Position numbers and translations under genes: made by a program. The notes under the pieces were generated by a model, which saw nothing but the letters and a program-made list of their open reading frames with translations, ran no database searches and was not told the DNA's origin. Of a stretch of DNA of 64,000 nucleotides, positions 36,010 through 46,348 are shown one piece after another. Each line of letters starts with the position of its first letter. The stretch's first letter is position 1. Location of the stretch: the NCBI GenBank assembly GCA_002269645.1, contig NIVC01001277.1, positions 124,001 through 188,000 of the forward strand. The letters are read 5' to 3'. Source of the stretch: Macrostomum lignano (Eukaryota).

Positions 36010-38947
36010 ATGAGCGACATTAATGATCTAAGTGATGACGAAAACGTCGACTCGGTGCTGGAGAGGGCGTGGCAGAAAGTGAAAACGCTTCAAAGACGGT
36101 CAAGAAATCGGCGTTTCCGAGAGCGCCGACGCCGTCTCCGAGAACAGCAGTTGCTGTTCAATCGGCGCCAACAATGGTTACACGGACAAGTGCCTGGTGA
36201 GGCTGGTCCCAGTGGAGCCGCTGTAGCTGTTTCGGGTACGAGGAAAAGAAAGCGATCATCTAGCAGCAGCAGCAGCAGCAGCGAGTCAAGCGCCAGTGAC
36301 AGCGAGCCAAGCGCCAGTGACGGTGAGCCAGGCGCCAGTGACGGCGAGCCAGGCGCCAATGACGGTGAGCCAAGCGCCAGTGACAGCGAATCAAGCGCCA
36401 GTGACAGCGAGCCAAGCGCCAGTGACGGTGAGCCAGGCGCCAGTGACGGCGAGCCAGGCGCCAATGACGGTGAGCCAAGCGCCAGTGACAGCGAGTCAAG
36501 CGCCAGTGACAGCGAGTCAAGTGCCAGTGGCAGCGAGTCAAGCGCCAGTGACAGCGAGCCAAGCGCCAGTGACAGCGAGCCAAGCGCCAGTGACGATGAG
36601 CCAGGCGCCAATGACTGTGAGGCAAGCGCCAGTGACGGTGAGCCTAACGGCGTTGAAGGCGCCGCTGACAGTGGCGGCAGCAGCAGCGATGACGAGCGTG
36701 CAACCGACGCAGCCAAGTTGCAGCACCTCATTGATATGCCCGCCTATGAAGGTGCAACGCAGTCATATGCGACAATAGCGACACGCGTGCAGAAGCTAGC
36801 CATAGAGTTAAAGTTATCAGACAAGGACATCCAAAAGTTGCTGTCCTACACGGGCAATATACTGCCGGAGAATGCAGCATTTCCGCACACGACGCATCGG
36901 TTGATTAAATTTCTTGAACTGACGCCATTCTCCTACAAGAAGAGCACACCTGTTCTGTACTGTATGCTTTGCGAACACGCAATCGTTCCCAAGGAAGCAG
37001 TCAACTGTCCGTATTGTCGCGTCCGCATTGTGCCTTCAGCTGTGGGAACATTCTGGCAAATGGACATACGCAGTCAATTGCGATTACTGATAGAAGATTG
37101 TCGCCTGCTTCGGCACGTAATTTTTCCGGTGGATCAGCCCGCTCACGCGAATTGGCTACACATGGGAAGCAGTGTTGCTTACGCTGAATTCAAGCGGTCG
37201 ATTGATTTGGGTGCGCGAAGCGACCTCACCTACATTGTGTGTATTGACGGATTTCCTGTCTTTAAACGAGCAACAATGGAGCTCTGTCCGGTCTACCTGA
37301 GTATAAACGAGGTGACGGACAAAATGAAGAGCCGATTTTTACTTGTGTGTGGCGTATGGGCAGGCAAACGCAAATTGCGCTCTACGGCATACTTGCCGTG
37401 GCTGGTGGAGCAGCTTAAGTCATTGCGTTCCGAAGGTATCACATTCACACGCGGTGGTGGAGCCGACGGCAGGCAGTGTGGAACATTGCGATTTCATCCT
37501 TATACGAGCGTATGTTTATTATGGACGCTCCGCAAAGAGCAGAAACTAAGTGCATGCGGCAGTTCAACGCTGAATACGGCTGCGAGATGTGCTATACCGT
37601 CACCTTGCACGACACAGACCGCGGAGGTAACGCTAGGATCTTCCCGGAGACACTTTCGGATGCCGCCCTACAAGCCGCAGTAAATGCGAACGTTACGCAG
37701 CCCAATGCGAGAAACTTGGCGGACACCGTCATGCTGGCCAACACGAAGCCCATTAGTCGTGAACACAATCTAGGCGTCGTGGGTCTATCACCGCTCTGTC
37801 GTCTAGAAGGCTTCGACTACGTGAGAGGCTGTCCGCCATGTTATTTGCACCAACTGCTGACTGGCTCGGTGCGCCGTATTTTTGAGCAGTTGTTCCTGCC
37901 TATCGGCAAGAAGCCATCAAGGCTGAGCGCCGCTCCGGAAATGTCCAGGCATATCGCCGAAGTGGATGCTCGTCTCGCATCGCTGCACGTCCCTTCGTCG
38001 CATCAAAGGAGGCCGCGCACAATGCACGAACTGGGACATATCCGAGGACATGAACTGGAGACTCTGCTTCTGGTTTATGCTCCAATGGTTCTGGACGGTG
38101 TTCTTCCCAGGGACCACTTCGACCACTTCATGCTCCTTTCCTCCGGCATCTTTACGCTAGCCATGGAGGGTACGAGCCACGCGCAGATATTGCGAGCAGA
38201 CGCAACTCTGAAGCACTTTTACAGGGCACTGAGTGCTCTATATGACGACACCATGCTGACGTTCAATGCACATCAAGTGGCTGAGCACTTCGGTATGGTT
38301 GGCATGCTATTCGGTCCTATTTACAGAGTTTCCGCTGGCCTCTTCGAATCCACGCATGGGAAATTGCGATCGAACATCCATGGAACGCGTCACGCCGCCA
38401 TAAGGCTGGTGAAATTAGTCACTCGCAAAGCAGCGAATCGCTACCTCTTGTCACTGTTGGGCATTGAAGCGAAAGTTGTCGGCGCGCAGGCTGTTCCAAG
38501 ACAGAGCAAGGCGTGTCTACACACGGCTCGTGCTGCCCGACGGCTGTGAATTGGAGGTATTCCGGCCGCAATTGCGCTTCACACGATACGCGTCCTGCTT
38601 CATTGCCTTTTCTGTCAACACCGTCGGCGAGTCTCTTCGCTTCGAGTTCGGCCGAATCGAGTCGATCTGTGTGGTGCAGGCACATGCGAAGCTGAAGGTG
38701 CGGCGACTGTTAACTGAGGAGTACATTGAGCCACGGGACAACCCGCTGTATCGGTTTTTTCGGAAGGCGCCTGCATGGCGGCTGTGCACTACTGCATGTG
38801 CGACGACTGCTGCGCAGTCCTTTTGTTGACGTGTCCCGGTTCTACTTTGAAGTCGATCCGATGGAGACTGCAGTAGTTCGGCCGTGCTGCGTCTCGGACA
38901 GTCACGTGGCCTTCCTACCGCATTTGCAATTCTCTTACGCTGCATAG
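36010..38947 (+). pseudogene. EnSpm/CACTA-type transposase split by about three frameshifts
   Basis: ORF pieces 36010..37683, 37476..38549, 38464..38829 and 38726..38947. Motifs CxxC..CxxC, CIDGFPVFK..CPVYLSINE, GVWAGKRK, DAPQRA..QFNAEYGCEMC, GCPPCYLH, FNAHQV..GP..SAGLFES. Confidence 0.85.
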
Positions 38948-39749
38948 ATCGATAAGGTATTGCCCAATAATTGTACGTATAAATACTTTATACTATCTAG
39001 TATATACACCCGAAGCAGCTATATTTCTTGAAGTGTAACTGTATAATACGTATTCGATCGTATACGATCAGCGGTCAAACCCCATCCAAAACACTTGCAG
39101 CGTTCGCGACTGCGTGGCGCCCAATAGGAAGCCTATCTGGCTATCAAAAGCAACTGTACGGGAACTGGGCGCCCCCTCAGCGTCCAGACCCGTACAAGTG
39201 CATGCTAGTGAGCGGTGGCGGTGGCGCCGACTCTGGCGGTGGCGCCGACTCTGGCGTCAGCAGGCTGGTTAATAAACGTATTGTGCAGTCGGAAAGTTTG
39301 TCGTCTCCGGTGTACAACCGTTCTTTTAACGTCTGCGAGCATGAGGTTTACGTGAACAAATATTGGTACAATGATGGTATGAACGACTTGCTGTCAGAGG
39401 CGGCAGAGGATGCCGAGGGGACCATAAATACCACTGTGTGACCTCCAGTACGGTGTAACAGTAATATTGTAATTGTATAACTATATTTTACAATAATTGT
39501 AACAATAATACAACAATAATTTATATTGCTACTGCTGTTTCCGTGATCGGGTTTCTCGAACCACACTGAAGGTCCAGTAGTTAATAAATTGTTAATTAAA
39601 TAGTCGCTGTTCCTTCCGCTGTTTCGCGGATTCTTCGTTTTAAATAATTTTAGTAACTTTTATAACACTAGAAAATTAGACAGTGCAGTCACTGTTGGGA
39701 TCAGTAATTAATCGGTAGGTATATATAACTACCCACTACGTAATTACAT

Positions 39750-41015
39750 GTGCATTTTACGCCACGCCTCCCCTTTAAATTTCCAGCGCACACGGGCAAC
39801 ATAGAGCGCGAAGAGTTTGTTGTACAGCTGCTTATGCAGCTGTCTACCGACAGAGCCGGTTTACGGCTGGATGTGCGTCTGCTGACTGCGCAGCAGATGC
39901 CAGCTAATGACCCGCCTATCGGCTCGACCGTGCCCAGTCGGCGACGCTGCCCAGCCCCCAGTCGCTGCCCAGCCGCCAGTCGGCGACGCTGCCCAGCCCC
40001 CAGTCGCTGCCCAGCCGCCAGTCGGCGACGCTGCCCAGCCCCAGTCGCTGCCCAGCCCCCAGTCGCTGCCCAGCCGCCAGTCGGCGACGCTGCCCAGCCC
40101 CCAGTCGCTGCCCAGCCCCCAGTCGCTGCCCAGCCGCCAGTCGGCGACGCTGCCCAGCCCCCAGTCGCTGCCCAGCCGCCAGTCGGCGACGCTGCCCAGC
40201 CCCCAGTCGCTGCCCAGCCGCCAGTCGGCGACGCTGCCCAGCCGCCAGTCGCTGCCCAGCTGCCAGTCGGCGACGCTGCCCAGCCGCCAGTCGGCGACGC
40301 TGCCCAGCCGCCAGTCGGCGACGCTGCCCAGCCGCCAGTCGGCGACGCTGCCCAGCCGCCAGTCGGCGACGCTGCCCAGCCGCCAGTCGGCGACGATCCG
40401 GATGTCGACGCAAGTGATAAATATTGCGAGCATTGCATCATCCTTCTCGACAAGGGCAGCGATTGGCCAGAGGCATGGCACTCGATGCATAGCAGCGACC
40501 CTGCTGTGCGTCAACTTAAAAATATTCTCCTTGACACAGAAAGTGACTTTGACGACGGCCTTCCCCAACCGAAAGCGATTTTTGCTGGCCGAGTCGCGCT
40601 GACTACGGCTCTCTGGTTCGTCGCTTTATATAAGCATGATGATGCCTATCCCTGTGTCCGCAGTGTCGTAGACATCTACTGCGAACACGTGCGTGACACC
40701 GGCGTCGTCCGTACTGCTGGTCCTGGCCCGTCCAATAGTCGACAAGCTGAGTGGCGCTCGTTTCTTAATCAGAGCGAGAGACGCATATGGGCAGCCGCCA
40801 AGAAAGCAAATATTCGACCGCCCGAAGAGACTCGCCGCGGCGCCTATGGCCAAATCCGAGGCGGTCGCTCCGCCAGCCTGCGTCGACTGGTCCGTGTAAT
40901 AGCCGGTCTCATCGATTGCCGCTGGAACATTCATTATGCGTGCTTCGCAGACGCCTTTCTGGCGGTTTTATCGTGCTACTGGGACTTTGGTCCTGCTGTG
41001 TCACCAGCTAACTAG
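39750..41015 (+). CDS. Transposon-borne ORF of unknown function with PVAAQ/PVGDAAQ repeats
   Basis: 421-aa ORF inside the TIRs; unique N- and C-terminal parts flank in-frame 18/24-bp repeats. Start codon uncertain (may be spliced). Confidence 0.6.
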   Translation: MHFTPRLPFKFPAHTGNIEREEFVVQLLMQLSTDRAGLRLDVRLLTAQQMPANDPPIGSTVPSRRRCPAPSRCPAASRRRCPAPSRCPAASRRRCPAPVAAQPPVAAQPPVGDAAQPPVAAQPPVAAQPPVGDAAQPPVAAQPPVGDAAQPPVAAQPPVGDAAQPPVAAQLPVGDAAQPPVGDAAQPPVGDAAQPPVGDAAQPPVGDAAQPPVGDDPDVDASDKYCEHCIILLDKGSDWPEAWHSMHSSDPAVRQLKNILLDTESDFDDGLPQPKAIFAGRVALTTALWFVALYKHDDAYPCVRSVVDIYCEHVRDTGVVRTAGPGPSNSRQAEWRSFLNQSERRIWAAAKKANIRPPEETRRGAYGQIRGGRSASLRRLVRVIAGLIDCRWNIHYACFADAFLAVLSCYWDFGPAVSPAN

Positions 41016-41394
41016 CTATATAGACTTCCATAGCTCTATGTCTGTGCCTGTCTACGCCGATATAGGGCGCACCCGTCTACGCCGATAGGGCATGTTATAT
41101 ATACAATTCTTCTGTGCTACTGTATATAACATCGTCATCCGGTGTTTATAAAAAGTAAATATCTCCACTACTATTAATAATAAAAGCCGAATCCTGCTTC
41201 CTTACTTTTGTTTATTGGCCGGCGCATTTGTTGCTCATTTATTTGTCCGGTTCATTATACACCGTGTACCTGCGTAATATGTATATATACGAAAATATCC
41301 CATGTACTTAGGCTCCCGTTTGTCGTCACTAAATTCCCTTTTTACTACGACGATCTGCCCCCTCGCCTTTCCAGGTCGTGATTAATTCTCTACT

Positions 41395-42987
41395 ATGAGC
41401 TCCAGTAGTAGATGCAGTCGATCGCTTGCGACAGCGGAGTCAGCACCAAGGGAAGGCGCATCAGCGCCGGGCAAAGGCACTTCAGCGCCGGGCAAAGGCA
41501 CTTCAGCGCCAAGCAAAGGCGTATCGCGTTTCTGGATTGTGGAGTACGCCGAGGGGGATGGCGGGCAGCTTGGAGTTTACTCTGAGAAGTGCATCCTTCC
41601 GGACTCAAGCAGAGACAGTAGCCGGGTACTGTCAGTGGACGACTTCGTCACTCTTCGGCCAGGAAAGCCTGGCAGCAAGGTGTACCGTGTTCGACTCCTC
41701 AAGGGCCCATATAAAACTAAGCTGGCCGCCGAGTCCCATGTGAACTCATGTTTGCCAGCACAAAACACGGGCATTACGCTGCCGAACGGGTGTGCCTCTA
41801 GTACTTCACTTCGCCAGGAATTGGCGTCGCTGCGCGCCATTGTGGACAACCTGCAGTCCAGCAGTGACGAAGAGCGTGAGAGCCGACGCCGGCAAATAGA
41901 CTCTCTGGAGAGCCAGCTAGAGGACGCTCAGCTAGAGTCCCAGGGTTATAAGGAGAAGATGGAATTAGCAGAACGCAAAAATGCGGAACTCACCAAAGAA
42001 CTCTCACGTTTGCTTAACTCAACTGAATCAGGACCTGAAAACGGAACCCAACCAACTGCTACTGTTTCCGGTGCCGACACTGCTTCGCAGAGGTACGCTG
42101 CAGACCTGCAAGAGGCGGTCTTTGCTGCTATTGAGCTGCTGCAGAATGCAGTAGTTGTCCAAGAGGGGAACGCAGGCGCAGCAGCAGCAGCTTCTACAGA
42201 CTTTTTGCGCATCCGCCTGTCCGACATACCAGGTCTATCAGCTTCAGGCGCCAATCGGCGGACAATCAACGCACTGGACTGCCACGAGGCTATGCCATTA
42301 TCGGCGGAGGACGACGCAAACTTGGATGCCAGCGCTGAAGCTGCGTTGCTGCGACTTCAGCAAGAGGCTGCTGCCGCCAAAAGGCGTATTATCTTAAGCG
42401 CCCGGAGTCCAGGCGTCACCGTCAGCGAAGACGACTACGCGTCTATTCGACAAATGTCCCGGAAATACTTGGGGGGTGGCCTGCAAGTTTCGCATGCCAA
42501 GGAACTGCTTCGCACCCTGTATAAAGCTGTCTTCAGCACGGAGGAGCTGTTAACTTGCTCCTACACGGGACGCAAAACCAAACGCCTCGCCGATAAGGCG
42601 AAGGCGGCTGTGCCGTCCGATAAGAAGAGAGCAATTGAAGGCTTCGTGAAGCGACTCAAGCTGCCTGTCAAAATCCCACAGGCAACCTGGTCGACGGTAT
42701 TCAAAGGCACCGCCTACAGCGCGAAGCGCAAGCACGGCACTGATAAAGAATCAAATAAAGATGCAGGCAGCCAGCAGCGCAAGAAGAGGAAACGGGCTGC
42801 TGGTGCCGGTGCTGCCCCGACTTCTGCCGCTGCCCCGACTTCTGCCGCTGCCCCGAGTTCTGCCGCTGCATCGAGTTCTGCTGCTGCCTCAAGTTCTGTA
42901 AACAGCGACGAGTCTGCCAGCGGGGATGTCGAGAAAGCAACGAGCAACGAGCCCGTTGCAACCTCAATTGAGCTTGCCGCCCATTGA
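41395..42987 (+). CDS. Transposon-borne coiled-coil + BEN-domain-like protein
   Basis: 530-aa ATG ORF: beta-rich N-terminus, heptad coiled coil, then ELLRTLYKAVFSTEELLTCSYTGRK...AVPSDKKRAIEGFV resembling the BEN/DUF4806 consensus. Confidence 0.7.
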   Translation: MSSSSRCSRSLATAESAPREGASAPGKGTSAPGKGTSAPSKGVSRFWIVEYAEGDGGQLGVYSEKCILPDSSRDSSRVLSVDDFVTLRPGKPGSKVYRVRLLKGPYKTKLAAESHVNSCLPAQNTGITLPNGCASSTSLRQELASLRAIVDNLQSSSDEERESRRRQIDSLESQLEDAQLESQGYKEKMELAERKNAELTKELSRLLNSTESGPENGTQPTATVSGADTASQRYAADLQEAVFAAIELLQNAVVVQEGNAGAAAAASTDFLRIRLSDIPGLSASGANRRTINALDCHEAMPLSAEDDANLDASAEAALLRLQQEAAAAKRRIILSARSPGVTVSEDDYASIRQMSRKYLGGGLQVSHAKELLRTLYKAVFSTEELLTCSYTGRKTKRLADKAKAAVPSDKKRAIEGFVKRLKLPVKIPQATWSTVFKGTAYSAKRKHGTDKESNKDAGSQQRKKRKRAAGAGAAPTSAAAPTSAAAPSSAAASSSAAASSSVNSDESASGDVEKATSNEPVATSIELAAH

Positions 42988-42999
42988 TCACAGTAGCCG

Positions 43000-43255
43000 C
43001 GATTGCTCATTCTATCGAGGCCAAACGGCGCTAATTGCAGTACAATTGCTCATTTTATTGAGGCCAAACGGCGCTAATTGCAGTACAATTGCTCATTTTA
43101 TTGAGGCCAAACGGCGCTAATTGCAGTACAATTGCTCATTTTATTGAGGCCAAATGGCGCTAATTGCAGTAAAATTGCTCATTTTATTGAGGCCAAACGG
43201 CGCTAATTGCAGTACGACTGCTCATTTTATTGAGGCCAAACGACGCTAATTGCAG
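43000..43255. repeat. 43-bp tandem repeat, ~6 copies, inside the transposon
   Basis: Unit GAGGCCAAACGGCGCTAATTGCAGTACAATTGCTCATTTTATT. Confidence 0.92.
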
Positions 43256-43879
43256 CAGTACGATCGCTCTTTCTTCGCCACGCATCGTGATTCATATATA
43301 TGTATATGAATATATATTATGATATATTCTTATACCTGATATATTCTTATTCACAATATATATATATATTGAGGCGGAAGGCCTTTTAGTTCAATAGATG
43401 GAATGGCAGCGAAGAGTTTGTGCTGCTTTGCGCGTGTAATTATATATTTACAAACAACACCAGATTGAGGGGGCAAGCCAAGGGAGGTGCGAAACAGGTG
43501 GCGTGGCGTGATTGGCTACGCCAACCCCCTGGCTTAGCGAGCCGGCTAGCGCGGTGCGCAACCACCCCACCTCAGCTAGACAGAGGTTGGGGGTTTTCCA
43601 GTGCGGCTGCACTGGTGCTGCCGGTCGCGTACAGTCTGGCCGCCCCAATATATATATGAATCACAATATGTTCTTTTCTCTTCATTTATTGCCTGCGTAC
43701 ATTTAAAAACCTCCTATACCCTCCTAATTTACATACATACATACATACATACAAACATAGCATTTTTAACAGTAGCTTGGGCGGTTTTGCTCAGCTCTAT
43801 CGACTAAATAGTCATATCAGTTTGACTTCGCGTTCTCGACCCTTCCTGCTTTTAACCTTCGCGGTATATTCACGTGTCC

Positions 43880-44372
43880 TGTCAACGGTCACTGTCACAC
43901 TCTCTGGTCACAGTACTTCGACGTGAGTGTCACACGACATTCACAACAAACGGTCAAACTGAATGATCACGACTGTCAAGGGGACAGTCACCGTTTATGG
44001 TCAAATGTTGCTCATAGTGTCGTCACACAACCACAGCTATGCGGCAGTTACAGTTGACGGTTACGGTATGCTGACAGGTGACGGTCACAATATACAGTTA
44101 CAGTTGACGGTCACGGTATGGTCACGGGTGACGGTCACAATATACGGTTACACTTGACGGTCACGGTATGGTCACGGGTGACGGTCACAATATACGGTTA
44201 CAGTTGACGGTCACGGTATGGTGACAGGTGACAGGTCCATGGTGACCATGGACGGTCACATTTCACGGTCAAGTGCGTCTCGGGGCACGGTCACCGGTTG
44301 ACCTTCACGGTCACAAAGTACGGTCACCGCACAGTCGCACATCAATGGTCACAAACTTTTTTGGTGACCGTC
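43880..44372. repeat. Right subterminal repeats of the CACTA element ((C/T)GGTCAC, roughly 25 copies)
   Basis: Repeated GACGGTCAC/ATGGTCAC motifs, partly within a ~54-bp tandem unit; mirrored by GTGACC(G) motifs at 35020-35145. Confidence 0.85.
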
Positions 44373-44548
44373 AATTTTCTATACGGGTATCGGATCTGAG
44401 AGTATGGGATCTGAGGGTATGGGATCTGAGAGCATGGGATCTGAGAGTATCGGATCTGAGAGACTATAAGATCTGAGGACGAGGACATGGGATCTGGTGA
44501 CGTGGGATCTGTAAGATGTGACACTGGCCATGCACAGACCACACTCAC

Positions 44549-45057
44549 CTAAACTGTTCCATAGACATATATTTCCCAGCCGCATTCTTATCCACAGGAA
44601 AAGTCTGTTCGCGCAGACTTTTCCACACCACAGCATAGTACCGGCACATCATGGCGGCTCGCTCGGTTGCTGAACCGTCTCTAGCAGGCCAGTACTGATG
44701 GTGATAAGGCCCGACCCCGGCCATGTTGAGCAGAGGATGCAGTGCAGTCCTGTTCGTCAGATAGGCATAGTGCCTCCACCATTCAGCCAGCCAGTTCCTC
44801 TGCTCAGCTGCCCTCTGCTCAAGCCGAGCCTGCAGTTCGCGGCCGATGCCCAATTCGAACTGGCGAGCCAAGTCTCTGGTGGCGGCAAACTCCGAGTCCG
44901 TTAGGAAAGGTCGCGTGGATGACAAATAAAGGTCAAGAGTGTCAGACAGCTTTGGCACTGGATAAGAGGGCAGACTGTCCTCTAGCGAGAATGTAGGCAC
45001 ACCGGATGACCTGGTGAGGTCGGGGAATGCTTCAGTTTTATATAGATCCAGCTCCAT
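44549..45057 (-). CDS. CROT: Carnitine O-octanoyltransferase, exon 1
   Basis: TFSLEDSLPSYPVPKLSDTLDLYL, RNWLAEWW. Donor TTTAG|GTGAGT (phase 2). The four exons total 1944 nt in frame. Confidence 0.9.
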
Positions 45058-46348
45058 TGCGTCTGAGTTCAGCAAGCCGAAAATTTAAACAGAGGATACA
45101 TATAGTGCAAAGTGCTATATTTGGTTTGAATCTTTCCTTGGGATTTGAATCTATACTTGGGATATAATGAGTTGTTACAAATGAAAAAAAGATGAAAAAA
45201 GGTAATGGGGACAGGGTAATGCCAAAAATGGCAGATGAAACTAATAGCTAAAACAATAGACAATAAAAGCCAACACAGGCAATACAAGTACAGATAAAGT
45301 AGCAAGTACATAATTATTGTGTAAAGTACATAATAAAACCAAGCAATATTACCAAATAACATTTATAGCATAGAACTAAAGATAACGACAAAATCAATTA
45401 GCTACTTGGCTTATTATATACTTTACTATGATTGATTAACTTTATCCCTAAACTAATATAAATATAATTTCTTTAGCAAAATTGGTTGTTTTTAGTACAT
45501 GATTTAAAAAAACTCAAATAATTAATCTTTAACACAATGCATGTTTCTACTAGTTTATATGAACATACTAATGAAGATACTTTAGTGCTAGTAGATATTT
45601 TGGTACAAGATGGTTTTATATCAAGTCCCTTTAATTCATATATACTATAATATATATTATAATCTGCTAGTGAATAATGGCATATTAATATAATTCATTA
45701 AAAGAAGAATTATCTACAAACCCTTTTTTCTATATTCTACAATCTTTTGTTGAATTCCAAAAATATAGTGGGTACCTCTAAATTTGTTATAGTAGTGTTT
45801 TCTAAAACCAGTGTTGGGTACTAGTCCATTAGCACGCGAAGGCGTATTCAGCATGCCAGTGAAGTATGAGACAGACTAGGCCCATGGGCTAAGGTCTGCG
45901 ATGCTTCACGCCTGCCCCTATCTTCAGCAGGTCAAGGCTGGTGGGAGGTCTGCACCCTCTATTTGCCTCTGGCAGCCGCAGACCCCCCCCCACGCTGTCT
46001 CGCAAGTCGACCCAGGGTACTCGTCCCCGCGTGTGTTCAAGGCAGTCCCTAGGGCTGCTGGACAGACTGGGCTCCGGCGCTGGCGACCCTATCCAGTGGC
46101 TTCGGCCGAATTTGGGTATGCGGGTCTGGCTCGCCAACCTGCAGGCCGTGGTACTGCTCAACGTACTCTCTAATGCCTAAGGTGTTGACCGTGCCGATGG
46201 GCTGGAAGGCCGGGGAGTAGTCCGGTCGCAAGCGGTCCCCCTCCTGGTGTCGGGCCAGCCTTGAGGGTGCTATTGGCCTACTGCCCGGTCAGGTGGAGCG
46301 GCCGGGTGGGTACCGCGCCCCTTTGAGGGTAGCCCACCAACCTTTTAT

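Larger units (their letters stand above)
35005..44387 (+). mobile_element. CACTA/EnSpm (CMC)-type DNA transposon, 9383 bp, in CROT intron 1
   Basis: Perfect 15-bp TIR CCCGTATAGAAAATT (35005-35019; reverse complement 44373-44387), extending to ~24 bp with 2 mismatches. 3-bp TSD TAT on both sides; subterminal GGTCAC/GTGACC repeats; internal Tnp2-like transposase. Confidence 0.9.

Noticed and set aside
43285-43665. Short AT-rich inverted repeats as a nested MITE
   Set aside because: Matches are mostly (TA)n-driven, 14-20 bp long, with no TSD.
45832-46300. HDV-like ribozyme in the LINE 5' UTR
   Set aside because: I could not build the nested double pseudoknot by eye; it would need a covariance or descriptor search.
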